Below are positions 54,644 to 64,000 of a stretch of DNA of 64,000 bases, piece by piece. The DNA lies in contig NZ_JAQNDL010000001.1 in assembly GCF_028368995.1 (NCBI RefSeq), positions 4,384,001 through 4,448,000 of the forward strand, written 5' to 3'. Numbering within the stretch: position 1 is the first letter of the stretch; each line of letters opens with the position of its first letter. The notes under the pieces were generated by a model that ran no database searches, was not told where the DNA came from, and saw only the letters and a list, made by a program, of their open reading frames with translations. The stretch comes from Nannocystis bainbridge (lineage in GTDB: Bacteria > Myxococcota_A > Polyangia > Nannocystales > Nannocystaceae). The position numbers and the translations under genes were made by a program.

Positions 54644-54983
54644 ACCCCGACGCCGCCAAGGCATCGCTCCTCCCTCCGGGAGGCGGTGCCGTTTGTCGCC
54701 GGTAAAATTCCTCAGCTATCCACACGCGGCACCGATCCCCACCCCCGGGACCGGTGCCGTCGTCGCGACTGGAGATCGCTTCAAAGGCGATCTCCGAGGC
54801 CTTTCAACGACGGATGCGAAGCGATCTCCGCGGTGCATCGCGGGCGCGCCAGAGGCCCGAACAGTCGCGCGAGCGTGCCCGCGAAGAGGCCGCTCTCGCG
54901 CGAGCACGAGCATGGATGAGGCGATCTCTGTCGGAGAAAGTCGAGTGGCGCGAGCGATACGAGCCGCTCGAGCGAGAGCGATA

Positions 54984-55260
54984 CGAGCCGCGCAAGCGAG
55001 CTGTGCTCACGTGAAGAACGACCGCGCGAGCCGATGCTCCCGTCGGCCCCAGTGCGAACGTCGGCGCTCCGCTCGAGACGAGCCGCGCAAGCGAGCTGTG
55101 CTCGCGTGAAGAACGACCGCGCGAGCCGACGCTCCCGTCGGCCCAGTGCGAACGTCGGCGCTCAGCTCGAGACGAGCCGCGCAAGCGAGCTGTACCGCGT
55201 GACGAACGACCGCAAGCCGACGCTCCGTCGGCTCACGGGCGAACGTCGGCGCTCAGCTCT
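54984..55260. repeat. Three tandem ~94-95-bp hairpin-containing (REP/BIME-like) units
   Basis: Units start with CGAGCCGCGCAAGCGAGCTGT at 54984, 55079, 55173; each has a GCCGA(C/T)G...CGTCGGC hairpin. Confidence 0.9.
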
Positions 55261-56488
55261 TGAGCAGCGAGAGCAGCAGCTCCGCCGGCAGAGGCGCGTC
55301 GGGGCGGCGGGACACGAACACGTTGGTGCTGCCGAGGCGCAGCAGCGTGCCGATGCCGAGGCGTGGGGCCAGGACCTCGAGGGCCTTCACCTTCGTGCCG
55401 CCGAGATCGATCTCGCGGGCGCGCTCCTCGAACTTGGGGCGGTTCAGCGGCTGGGCGTCGACGAACACCTCGCTGAAGAACTCGACCTTGACGGCGAAAT
55501 CGATCGCGCGACCGGTGAGGGTCTCCAGCAGCGCGCTCGGCAGACCGTCGGGCAGCGAGCTCTCGATCACCGGCACGATGTAGTTGCTGAGCAGCGAAGC
55601 CTCGGACAGCTCGACCGGGACCAGGACCACGAGGCCGCGCTCGTCCTCGACGTAGCGCAGCGACTTGGCGGCGTTCTCGCTGCGGGCCTGCATCTCCTGC
55701 AGCTCGGCGGCTCGCTCGCTGGCGCGGCGCTTGGTGTCGTCAGCCGCGGTGACCTGCGGCGCCTTGGCCGGAGCCTTGGCCGACTGGTTCGGGGGGCTCG
55801 CGGAGCTCGTGGCACTCACGGGGCTCGAACCACCCGCGGCGCTCGGCGGCGGGGCCGAGAAGCCCTGCGTGAGCCCGCCTCCGCGCGACGGCGGGGGCGG
55901 CGGAGGCGGCTCCTCGCCCATGTCGTCGAGCTCCTCGTCGCCGGCTTCGCCCGGCGGCTGGCCGACCAGCGCCATCAGCAGGTTTTGGTCGTTGCCGGTC
56001 GGCTCCATCAGCGACAGCTCGATGCGGGGACCGCCGGCGAAGCCGTTGGCCAGGTCGTCGACGGTGATCCGCAGCTGATCGACCAGGCGCGTGACCGGCC
56101 AGTGCTGACCCGACGTGTCGCGGTCGCTGTCGTCGGCCGCCAGCGCCTGGCCGCGCTGAGCGACGAGGAAGCCTTCGCGGCGGTTGGGGCCGGAGCGCAC
56201 GTAGTAGACGAAGCACTGCCGCGGCACCGCCTGGCTGGCGGCCAGCGCGATGTCCGGGTTGGTGCGCCAGAACTCGGCGGGGTCCTCGCCGACCACGTTG
56301 CCGTGGATCCGCGCCAGCGCCAGCGGCGACGTCGGGTGCCGGGAGATCTCGAGCGTCGCGTCGAGGATGTTGCGGACCTTGCCGAGCAGCAGCTCGGCGA
56401 TCACGGCCGCAAGCACCGTCGGTCGGAACATGTCGAGCGGGAAGATCAGCCCGCCGTGGCTCGTGGGCGCGGTGGAGAGGGTGTCCAT
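55253..56488 (-). CDS. Hypothetical cytoplasmic protein, two globular regions with a Pro/Ser linker
   Basis: 411-aa frame with typical codon bias. Confidence 0.75.
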   Translation of the reverse strand: MDTLSTAPTSHGGLIFPLDMFRPTVLAAVIAELLLGKVRNILDATLEISRHPTSPLALARIHGNVVGEDPAEFWRTNPDIALAASQAVPRQCFVYYVRSGPNRREGFLVAQRGQALAADDSDRDTSGQHWPVTRLVDQLRITVDDLANGFAGGPRIELSLMEPTGNDQNLLMALVGQPPGEAGDEELDDMGEEPPPPPPPSRGGGLTQGFSAPPPSAAGGSSPVSATSSASPPNQSAKAPAKAPQVTAADDTKRRASERAAELQEMQARSENAAKSLRYVEDERGLVVLVPVELSEASLLSNYIVPVIESSLPDGLPSALLETLTGRAIDFAVKVEFFSEVFVDAQPLNRPKFEERAREIDLGGTKVKALEVLAPRLGIGTLLRLGSTNVFVSRRPDAPLPAELLLSLLKS

Positions 56489-56506
56489 ACGGGTGGCCGG
56501 AGGATA

Positions 56507-57136
56507 TTAGCCCGGGCCGAGTACAGCCAGCGAGAAGTGCCACTGGCCCGCGGCGAGGTTGGTGGGGAAGCGGCCGACCACGACCTCCGCGCCGGTGGCG
56601 GTCGGGCAGCGATGGAAGTCCGCGAGAGCGTTGTCTGCGCGGCCGGCGTTGGCCCACGGCTCGCGGCAGATGCCCCGCAGGCGTTGCAAGATCTGTCGGA
56701 CCAGCTCGCCGCTGTCCTGATCCGTCAGCTCGCGGGCGACCAGGCCGATGGTGCTGTCGCGACCGAGCTCGAGCTCGAACTCGTGGCCCAGCGCCGCGAA
56801 CGGGGACTTCGGGGCGCAGCGCACGGCCTCGGGCGGCGGGTCCTCCGACAGCGCCTCCGGCACCTCGGCGCACAGCTGCTTGGCCAGCCGCGGCAGCGAG
56901 ACCGTGGTCGAGCCGCCGGCCAGCATCTCGCTGGAGTCGGTGGTGAACTGCGCGAGCGCCTGCCAGTTGTCGCGCACCCCCGTGCCGCGGGGGGTACCCC
57001 GGCCGCCGCTGCTGCCGCCCGAGCCTTTGCTCGCGCCGCCCTGACCGCTGACCGCCTTGTCCCACGCGGCGCGTGACTTCTCGGTCGCGCCCGTGCACGC
57101 GCTGCACGCGAGGACGAGGGCGAGGAGGGGACGCAC
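56507..57136 (-). CDS. Hypothetical lipoprotein
   Basis: GTG start; RPLLALVLACSAC lipobox. Confidence 0.65.
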   Translation of the reverse strand: MRPLLALVLACSACTGATEKSRAAWDKAVSGQGGASKGSGGSSGGRGTPRGTGVRDNWQALAQFTTDSSEMLAGGSTTVSLPRLAKQLCAEVPEALSEDPPPEAVRCAPKSPFAALGHEFELELGRDSTIGLVARELTDQDSGELVRQILQRLRGICREPWANAGRADNALADFHRCPTATGAEVVVGRFPTNLAAGQWHFSLAVLGPG

Positions 57137-57301
57137 GCTGCGGACGTAGCACCGGCGGCAGTGAGGGTCTAGCGCCGTCGCACGCCGCCGTCGTGGCGCC
57201 GGCGGGAGCGGGGGTCTCGCCGGCGCCACGACGGGCATGGCCGGGGTTCAGCGCAGCCGACTTGCGGGGTTTAGTGCTGGCCTCCGACCGACCTGGGGGG
57301 T

Positions 57302-58618
57302 CTAGCGCCGCCGCACGCCGCCGACGAACACGCGATCGATCGCGGCCGCGGTGCCCGACAGCCACAGGGCGTCGTGGGCCTGGTCGTCCGGCAGGTCGGC
57401 GAGGTGGGGGTGGTCCAGGTCCGCCGCGCAGGCGTCGAACGGGCTGCCCGCCACCAGGCGGCCGAGCTCGGGGCGGCCGAGGGCGCGAGCGCCTCCCACG
57501 GTGGCGATGTCGAGGAGGGTGCGCGCGACGGGGTCGGGGCCGGCGAGGCAGAGGCGCGCCTGCGCGCGCAGGCGCTCGTGCATCTCGAGCAGGCGGGCCT
57601 CCTGGACGAGATCGATCACGGCGTTGCTGTCGCTGCCGAGGGCCAGGCCGGTGCCGTGCTGGCGGTGCCGCGGAGCCGGGATGATGCCGTCGCCGAGGTC
57701 GGCCTCGGTGGTCGGGCAGGCGCAGACGTTGTGACCGGCGAGCAGGTCGTGGTCGCGGTCCTCGAGGTGGATCGCGTGCACGGCGGTGAAGCTGCCGGGG
57801 CGCGCGAGGCAGCCGGCGTCGGCGAACACTTCGGTGGGGGTGCGGCCGTGCTCGGCGCGGCTCTCGTCGTTCTCGCGCGGCTGCTCGGAGACGTGGGCGT
57901 GCACGACGAGGCCGTGCGCGCGGGCGTAGGCGGCCAGCTCGGTCAGCGCGGTCAACGGGACGGCGCGCACGCTGTGCGGCGCGAGGCCGACCGCGTGGCC
58001 TTCGCTGCGCAAGATGTCGACGCGGGCGAGGTAGCGGTCGACGCTGCCGTCGCAGAAGCGGCGCTGCTCGGGCAGCGCCGGGCGGCCCTCGCCGGCGCGC
58101 GCGTAGTAGACCTCGAGCAGGACGACGCGGATCCCCACCTCGGCGGCGGCGCGCAAGACCTGGCGCGACAGCTCGTTGGCGTCGGCGTAGGGCGTGCCGT
58201 CGGGCGCGTGGTGGAGGTAGTGGAACTCGCCGACGCAGGTGATCCCGGCGCGCAGCATCTCGGCGTAGCAGCGGCGGGTGACGGCGTAGACCTCGTCAGG
58301 GCCGAGGCTGCTGGCGACGCGGTACATGGCCTCGCGCCAGCTCCAGAAGCTCGAAGGATCGCCGTCGCCGCGCCGGTGGGTGCCGCCGCGGATCGCCCGC
58401 TGGAAGGCGTGACTGTGAGCGTTGACGAGGCCGGGGTAGAGGAGCCGACGCCCGAGGTCGTGGACGATCGCGGGCGCGTCGGCGGGCCGGCCGGCCGCGG
58501 TGCGGACGATGACGCCGCGACCGTCGACCTCGACGTACGGCCGCTCGACCCACGCGTCGCCGAGGAGCCCCCAGGCCGCGAGGTAGCCGACGCGATCGTC
58601 ATGTGTTGCTTCGGTCAT
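57302..58618 (-). CDS. hutF: Formimidoylglutamate deiminase
   Basis: NAHSHAFQRA, SFWSWREAMY, EFHYLHH, APHSVRAV, HVSEQ, CPTTEADLGDG, LGSDS. Confidence 0.92.
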   Translation of the reverse strand: MTEATHDDRVGYLAAWGLLGDAWVERPYVEVDGRGVIVRTAAGRPADAPAIVHDLGRRLLYPGLVNAHSHAFQRAIRGGTHRRGDGDPSSFWSWREAMYRVASSLGPDEVYAVTRRCYAEMLRAGITCVGEFHYLHHAPDGTPYADANELSRQVLRAAAEVGIRVVLLEVYYARAGEGRPALPEQRRFCDGSVDRYLARVDILRSEGHAVGLAPHSVRAVPLTALTELAAYARAHGLVVHAHVSEQPRENDESRAEHGRTPTEVFADAGCLARPGSFTAVHAIHLEDRDHDLLAGHNVCACPTTEADLGDGIIPAPRHRQHGTGLALGSDSNAVIDLVQEARLLEMHERLRAQARLCLAGPDPVARTLLDIATVGGARALGRPELGRLVAGSPFDACAADLDHPHLADLPDDQAHDALWLSGTAAAIDRVFVGGVRRR

Positions 58619-58630
58619 CTCTTAAAAATC

Positions 58631-58691
58631 GAAGCTGTACTTTGGGACATGTCCGAAGAGCCATCGGTTTGCTGCTTCTTCGGACATGTTC
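58631..58691. repeat. 14-bp units upstream of hutF
   Basis: Junctions at 58634, 58648, 58662 and 58671, 58685. Confidence 0.65.
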
Positions 58692-58709
58692 GATCGGCCA
58701 GGCACCGCG

Positions 58710-60866
58710 TCACTTGGCCTTCGCGGGGGGCGCCGCTGCGGGGGTCGCGGGCGCGGCGGCTTCGGCGGGCGGGGCGGCGAAGTAGAGCTTGCGCTCCGGG
58801 TAGTCGATCGTGAGGCGGCCGCGGCCGACGAAGTCGAGGCCGAGCATGCCGTCGATGCGGAACTGGTCGCTGCTCTCGCTCTGCTCGAAGTAGCCGTAGG
58901 CGCCGCGGAGGCCGAGGACCTTGAAGGCGTTGCCGACGGTGAACTCGGTCACGTCGACGAGGGCGGCCTCGTTGCGGCGCAGCGGCGGGGCGCCGATGCC
59001 GGCGCGGGCGAACGCCTTGGTGGTGGCGGTGACGGCGACCCCCTGCATGCCGGTGTTGACGAGGAACAGGCCCTCGGCGCCGTTCATGGCCGCGAGCACG
59101 TACAGGAAGTGGGTCTCGTGGAGGTAGAACGGGACGCCGCTGCCGGTGCGGTAGCTCGCCAGGGCGCTCTTGCACTTGGCGATCGGGTTGACGAGCACGA
59201 GCTTGTTGGCGGGCAGGTCGAAGTTGACCTGGAACAGCTCGAGCACGCGGGAGCCGAGCACGGCCTGCGGCGCCGCGCCGGCGCCTCCGGTCATCTGCTC
59301 GAGCACCTGGTGCGGGAAGATGTCGACGGGGATGCCCGAGATCGTGGCGTTGCCGGCCGTGATCGCGTCGAGCTGACCGTGACCGATCTCCGCCCCGCCC
59401 TCGCCGCCGAGCCGCGACTTCGAGCGGACCGGGATCTTCAGCTTGGCCGCGACCTCGCCGTCGAGGATCACGTCGGCCGCGCCGGTGTCGACCAGCGCGC
59501 GCACCTTCTCCTCGCCGATCTGGATGTCGACGAAGGTGACGGTGCCCTCGGTGGCGATCGGCAGCTCGGCGGTGCAGCCGTTGCCCTTGAAGCTGACCTG
59601 CAGCGGCTTGCCGGCGAAGTTGCGGTAACGGCCGGCGAGCTGGGCGTTGGCGTCGCCGAGGTGGTCGAGCGCCTCGGCGACGGCCGGGAAGTCGCGCTGG
59701 TGGCTGGCGATCCAGGCCCGCTGGGCGTGGACGAGGACGTCGCGCACGCCGGCCTTGCCGGCGCGGTCGAGGATCGGCAGGGCATCCTTGTAGCGGCCCT
59801 GCAGCACGCGCGCGCGGGCGAGGATCCACAGCGCCTCGGCCTCCTTGGGCTGGAGCTTGAGGGCGACCTGGGCGGCGTCGGCGGCCTCTTCGAAGTGCGA
59901 GGCGGCCCACAGCGCGCGAGCGAGGGCGACCTGGGCCTCGGCGTTCTTCGGCTCGGCGGCGGCGGCCTCGCGGGCCTTGGCCAGGGCGACGAGCTTCTCG
60001 TCCTTGGCCTTCTCCGGCGGCGGGACCTTGGGGACCTGGAACACCTCGGGCTTGATCGGGGCGTGGTCGATCCGCTGGGTCACGAACACGACCTCCTGGG
60101 TGCGGTCGCCGAACTTGTTGACGAGGCGGATCTTGTGGGCGACGAGGACGCCGTCGATCGGGCGGTAGTCGTCGTAGATGATCTGCTGGCTGATCGGCGG
60201 CTCGGCCTTGTCGTCCTCGAGCAGCTCCTCGGCGAGCAGGCCGGTCTTGCGGTCGTACCACTGGGTCTTCGGCGGCACGAGGTCGCCCTTGCTCGACCAG
60301 CGCACGCCGTCGAGGACCCGCGCATTGCCGTCGAAGTCCTTGTCGCGCGGCTTCTCGAGCGCGAGCTCGATGCCCCGCTTTTCGAAGTCGAAGTACCAGT
60401 GCAGCGCGGCGTCCTCGCGGGTGATGACCGACTCGTCCTCGTCCTCGAGCACGAGGAAGCCGCGGCGGAACTGCCAGCCGGTCTTGCCGTCGTAGCCCTC
60501 TTCTTCGATCTGCTTGTCGATGACGGTGCGCCGGTAGAGCCGCTGGTCGGTCGTCGACTGCAAGGTGAAGGTGCCGACGGTCTCGGTGGCCCGGCAGTTC
60601 TCGTCCTTGTCGGTGCAGCCGGTCTCCGGCAAGAAGGTCATGCGCGCCTCGACGGTGCGCTGGGCGATCTTGCGCAGGGCCTCCTCGCCGCCGAGCGCGG
60701 CGACGAAGCGGTCGACGACCGCCTTGGCCTCGGCCGGGTTGCCGTCCTTGCCACCGGGCGCGTCGAGGTCGCCGACCGGCACTTTGAGGCAGCCGGGGAC
60801 GGCAGCGGCGACGAGCGCGAGGGCGAGGCTGGCGCTCAGGCGGAGACGGCGAGGTGCGAGGGACAT
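58710..60866 (-). CDS. Lipoprotein with LolA-like N-domain, TPRs and tandem retropepsin-like aspartyl protease domains
   Basis: VPGC lipobox; ALGG...YDGKTGW...YDDYRPIDGV; TPR; ALVDTGA and FLVNTG; GMLG.DF, TIDY. Confidence 0.82.
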   Translation of the reverse strand: MSLAPRRLRLSASLALALVAAAVPGCLKVPVGDLDAPGGKDGNPAEAKAVVDRFVAALGGEEALRKIAQRTVEARMTFLPETGCTDKDENCRATETVGTFTLQSTTDQRLYRRTVIDKQIEEEGYDGKTGWQFRRGFLVLEDEDESVITREDAALHWYFDFEKRGIELALEKPRDKDFDGNARVLDGVRWSSKGDLVPPKTQWYDRKTGLLAEELLEDDKAEPPISQQIIYDDYRPIDGVLVAHKIRLVNKFGDRTQEVVFVTQRIDHAPIKPEVFQVPKVPPPEKAKDEKLVALAKAREAAAAEPKNAEAQVALARALWAASHFEEAADAAQVALKLQPKEAEALWILARARVLQGRYKDALPILDRAGKAGVRDVLVHAQRAWIASHQRDFPAVAEALDHLGDANAQLAGRYRNFAGKPLQVSFKGNGCTAELPIATEGTVTFVDIQIGEEKVRALVDTGAADVILDGEVAAKLKIPVRSKSRLGGEGGAEIGHGQLDAITAGNATISGIPVDIFPHQVLEQMTGGAGAAPQAVLGSRVLELFQVNFDLPANKLVLVNPIAKCKSALASYRTGSGVPFYLHETHFLYVLAAMNGAEGLFLVNTGMQGVAVTATTKAFARAGIGAPPLRRNEAALVDVTEFTVGNAFKVLGLRGAYGYFEQSESSDQFRIDGMLGLDFVGRGRLTIDYPERKLYFAAPPAEAAAPATPAAAPPAKAK

Positions 60867-60939
60867 GGGCCGGGAGAGTGCCCGAGCGCGCCCCTGGGCT
60901 CAAGTCGGCGGGCGCGCCGGGCGTGGTAAGCTGCCCGCG

Positions 60940-61842
60940 GTGCGGCGCGGCAAACCGATCCGGGCTGCGGCGTGGGGCGCCGCGGCGGCGCTCTTCGTGG
61001 CCGCGGGCTGCGCGGGACTCGGCGGCCGCAGCCGCGAACCAGGGCGCAACGAGGTCGACCCACGCGTGATGGCGGTCGTGACGGCCCGGACGTCGGAGCC
61101 GTGCCGCGCGGCGCTGACGACCGCCCTGGCCGCCGGCGAACAGGTCACCGGCACGTGCGCCGTGATGCAGACCCGGGCGGCCCAGGAGGCGCTGGCGGCC
61201 ACGCGCCAGCGGTCGTTCGGGATCGTCGATCGCGCGACGGTCCGGCTGGCGAGCATGACGCTGGTGCTGTCGCAGGCCCACCTGTGCCGGCGCTGGCCGC
61301 TGCGCACGCCGGGGCAGGGATCGCTCGACGTCGGCGGGGCGCGGCTCGCCGGCTGCAACGTGCGCCGCTACGTCGGGCCGGTCGCGGTCGCGGTGGCCGC
61401 GGCCGACGGGTCGGTGGTGCAAGTGATGACGGTCCGCTCCGACGAGGACGGGCAGGCCGAGGTGTCGTTCGCCGAGGTCGATGCGCTGCTGCGGGCGCGC
61501 GGTCGCGGGGGCCTCGGTTCGTTCGCGGAGCTGCAGGTCGGGCGTGAGGCCTGGGCGGCGCGCGTCGAGCTGCCCGCGCTGCGGACCCAGCTGGCCGAGT
61601 GGCACGCGGCGTGGGTCGGGCTCGGACGCGGGTCGCCGGGGCTGTTCGCCGCGCTCCACCCGGAGGACGAGGCGGCCTCGGGGATGCGCACGCGAGCGCT
61701 CGAGGCGTCGCTGAAGCGCCAGGCCGAGGACGCGGCGGCGGTCGAACGCGGCGAGCTTTCGGCGCGGCGGTTCCTCGAGCGACACGTGTGGTCGCCGTAC
61801 CGCTCGCTGGTCGAGCAGAAGGACGGCCGATCGTCACCATGA
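60940..61842 (+). CDS. Hypothetical lipoprotein
   Basis: AAGC lipobox; start approximate. Confidence 0.65.
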   Translation: MRRGKPIRAAAWGAAAALFVAAGCAGLGGRSREPGRNEVDPRVMAVVTARTSEPCRAALTTALAAGEQVTGTCAVMQTRAAQEALAATRQRSFGIVDRATVRLASMTLVLSQAHLCRRWPLRTPGQGSLDVGGARLAGCNVRRYVGPVAVAVAAADGSVVQVMTVRSDEDGQAEVSFAEVDALLRARGRGGLGSFAELQVGREAWAARVELPALRTQLAEWHAAWVGLGRGSPGLFAALHPEDEAASGMRTRALEASLKRQAEDAAAVERGELSARRFLERHVWSPYRSLVEQKDGRSSP

Positions 61843-62375
61843 CGCCGCGGTCGCAGCGCCTGCGCGTGCACCTGCGGATCGTCGACGGCGACGTCGCGCC
61901 GGTGGTGGCCCGCTATCGCGACCACATCCAGTGCCGGCCAGGCTGCGGGGAGTGCTGCCGCCAGAGCTTCGCGGTGTCGGAGGTCGAGGGCGAGCTGCTG
62001 CGCGAGGGGCTGGCAGCGGCAGAGCCGGCGACCCGGGCGGCGATCGTGGCCCTCGCCCGCGCGTACGCGCCAGGGACGGCGTGCCCGGCGCTGGGGAGCG
62101 ACGAACGCTGCCTGCTCTACGCCCACCGGCCGCGGATCTGCCGCAAGTACGGGATCCCGCTGTGGCACCCGGAGCGCCCGCACGAGCTGAAGACGTGCCG
62201 CCTCAACTTCCGCGGGGTGGCCGACCTCGACGCGGACCTGATCGTCGAACCCCAGGCCGGCTGGGCCGCCGACTGGATCGCGCTGCGCGAGGAGCTGGGG
62301 CTCGGACGGCAGGACAACCGCAGCATCGCGGCGTGGCTGGCCGAGGCTCCGAATCTGTCCGAAGAGACATCTTGA
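61839..62375 (+). CDS. YkgJ/CxxCxxCC cysteine-cluster protein
   Basis: CRPGCGECC, CPAL...CLLYAHRPRICR; ATGA overlap with upstream gene. Confidence 0.88.
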   Translation: MTPRSQRLRVHLRIVDGDVAPVVARYRDHIQCRPGCGECCRQSFAVSEVEGELLREGLAAAEPATRAAIVALARAYAPGTACPALGSDERCLLYAHRPRICRKYGIPLWHPERPHELKTCRLNFRGVADLDADLIVEPQAGWAADWIALREELGLGRQDNRSIAAWLAEAPNLSEETS

Positions 62376-62395
62376 AGAGAGCGCCTCGGGGCGGG

Positions 62396-62523
62396 GAGCA
62401 TGCTGCGGGAGCATGCCCGCAAGAACATGCAGGGCACGTCACGGAGCATGCCCGATAGGGCATGTCGTGGAGAGCATGCCCGATGGAACATGTAGCGAAG
62501 GGCATGTCCGATGCGACATGCCC
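62396..62523. repeat. Array of 14-bp units between convergent genes
   Basis: CATG at 62447, 62461, 62475, 62489, 62503, 62517 (exact period) plus 62399, 62412, 62426. Confidence 0.9.
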
Positions 62524-62529
62524 TTCGGG

Positions 62530-63480
62530 TCAGTGACCGGAGCCCGGGTCCGGAGCGGGCGCCGCCGGGGCGGGCGCCGCGGGGGACGGGGCGGCCTTGG
62601 CGGGCGCGGGCGTTGCCGGGGCCGCCTTGGTGGGCGCGGGCGCGGGCGGGCCGGGGTTCGTCGGGCCGCCGACCGGCGCCGGCGCGAGGGAGCCGGTCGG
62701 GTTGGGCTGGCGGATGCCCGGGGGCGGGTCGCGGCGCTCGATCTGCAGCGGGATCGAGTCGTTGCCGGAGCTCATGAACGGGCCCACCGGGGCCGTGCCG
62801 CGCTTGACCTGCGGGGTCATCGGCGGCGGCATCGGGCCCTTGCGCGCGGCGGTGCCACCAGTCGCGCGGGTCGGCTGCAGGCCGACGTAGTCGATCTTGG
62901 CGCTGCCGTCCTCGTAGACGAACTTGAAGGCGAGCACGTCGAGGCCATCCTTGCTGAGGTAGGCGCACCACATCGGCTCGGCGCCGTTGCGGACGTAGAT
63001 CTGCGCGGCCGGCGGGACCACCGGCGGGCAGAAGAAGGCCTCCTTGCGGGCGAAGCGGCTGGCGGCGTCGCGGAAGGTGTCGAAGAACTCGCGGCCGCCG
63101 TCGGCGAACACCGGGCGGGCGTCGAACTCGCGGCGGTCGGGGATGCCCCAGCGCGCGTGCTCGGTGAACACGGCGCGCAGGCCGGCGAGGTCGTCCTTGG
63201 CGGCGAGGGTCAGCAGCGCGACGGCGATCCGCTTGGCCTGGAAGGGCAATTGCCAGGTGGCGATCTCGGCGGCGGACGCGACGTCGCGGTCCTCGTACTC
63301 GTGCAGCAGGCTCTCGGGCACCCCCTCGGCGCTGCCGGCCGGCAACGGGCGGGCGGCGGCCGGCACGGGGGCGGGCGGGCTCTCCCGCGGTACTTTGCCG
63401 GCGTGGTGCGGCGTGGTGCAGGCGACCACGAGGCCGGCCAGGACGACGGTACCGAGGCAATTCAGAGGAGCGCGAAGCAT
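62530..63480 (-). CDS. Hypothetical lipoprotein with Pro/Ala-rich tail
   Basis: LVVAC lipobox; start at MLRAPLNC. Confidence 0.72.
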   Translation of the reverse strand: MLRAPLNCLGTVVLAGLVVACTTPHHAGKVPRESPPAPVPAAARPLPAGSAEGVPESLLHEYEDRDVASAAEIATWQLPFQAKRIAVALLTLAAKDDLAGLRAVFTEHARWGIPDRREFDARPVFADGGREFFDTFRDAASRFARKEAFFCPPVVPPAAQIYVRNGAEPMWCAYLSKDGLDVLAFKFVYEDGSAKIDYVGLQPTRATGGTAARKGPMPPPMTPQVKRGTAPVGPFMSSGNDSIPLQIERRDPPPGIRQPNPTGSLAPAPVGGPTNPGPPAPAPTKAAPATPAPAKAAPSPAAPAPAAPAPDPGSGH

Positions 63481-63640
63481 GCCGCACTCTTTAGACCGCC
63501 GCGTGCCGATGAGCAAGCGCACGGGACGCCCCGGGGGCCGACCGGCGTCGCGTTTGCGGACGAGCGGGTTGTGAGCCCGCGAACGCACCGGTTAGGATGC
63601 GCTGCGCGGTGCTCCCCCACGCCGCGTGAAGGCCGCGAGC

Positions 63641-64000
63641 GTGCGACGAACAGGCAAAGGCGCCCCGAAGGGCGCGAGTCGCTGCGGGCTGCAGGGCGCT
63701 GCAGCGGCGCTGGCATGTCTGGCCTGCAACCTCGAGGCGCCTCGCGGCGAGCGCGACGGAGCCGAGGACGAAGCGCCGGTCCGCGCGGAGCGACCCACGC
63801 CCACGCCCACACCGGCGGCTGCGCGAGAGATCCGTCTGCCGGCGGCGCACGTGCCGACGGCCGACGTCGAGCCCGCCGAAGAGGCGCGACCGGCCGGTCC
63901 GCGCTCGGTGCCAGCCGGGACGCCGCCAGCGATCGCCCGGGTGTTCGAGCGCCTGCCGGTGGGGATCCACGACGAGCCGCCGGTCGGGGCGATCGGGGCG
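63641..64000 (+). CDS. Probable lipoprotein, 3'-truncated by window
   Basis: Frame open from GTG 63641 to the window end with AAAALACLAC lipobox. Confidence 0.5.
   Translation, partial: MRRTGKGAPKGASRCGLQGAAAALACLACNLEAPRGERDGAEDEAPVRAERPTPTPTPAAAREIRLPAAHVPTADVEPAEEARPAGPRSVPAGTPPAIARVFERLPVGIHDEPPVGAIGA

Noticed and set aside
54716-54724. DnaA-box-like CTATCCACA (and GGTGGATAA at 46552)
   Set aside because: Single mismatched boxes with no cluster and no origin-associated genes.
54984-55260. Possible CRISPR array
   Set aside because: Whole units are repeated with no unique spacers, and there are no cas genes in the window.
62396-62523. 14-bp arrays as mini-CRISPR arrays or terminators
   Set aside because: Variable parts are only about 6 nt, there are no U-tracts, and many copies are intragenic.

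Overview
Very GC-rich bacterial chromosomal window. Gene content (Ser/Thr kinases with TPR/PEGA partners, FHA-DUF4388, zinc-ribbon-TPR, CHAT protein, many lipoproteins) suggests a myxobacterium, possibly Nannocystaceae-like; this is inference. It has about 54 CDSs, including gloB, hemF, hemJ, folK, cyaY, queE, asnS and hutF, four tRNAs (Ser-GGA, Ser-CGA, Ser-TGA, Val-TAC) and the small SRP RNA (ffs). Other loci: a TonB-ExbB-ExbD-ExbD-TBDR-lipoprotein-PhoB cluster with 11-bp-periodic Pho-box-like sites, an ECF sigma gene coupled to an anti-sigma-TPR-CHAT protease fusion, and a second TBDR/PstS-like/two-component locus. The most striking unexplained signal is a 14-bp palindromic element (TGTC-N6-GACA, looser TGY-N8-RCA). 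It occurs at 20 or more places, either singly or as head-to-tail arrays in exact 14-bp register, both between genes and inside reading frames. Also notable is a stand-alone ORF resembling the N-terminal domain of IS1634-type transposases, followed by a structured 3 x ~95-bp repeat region. All calls were made by eye; no database searches were run.
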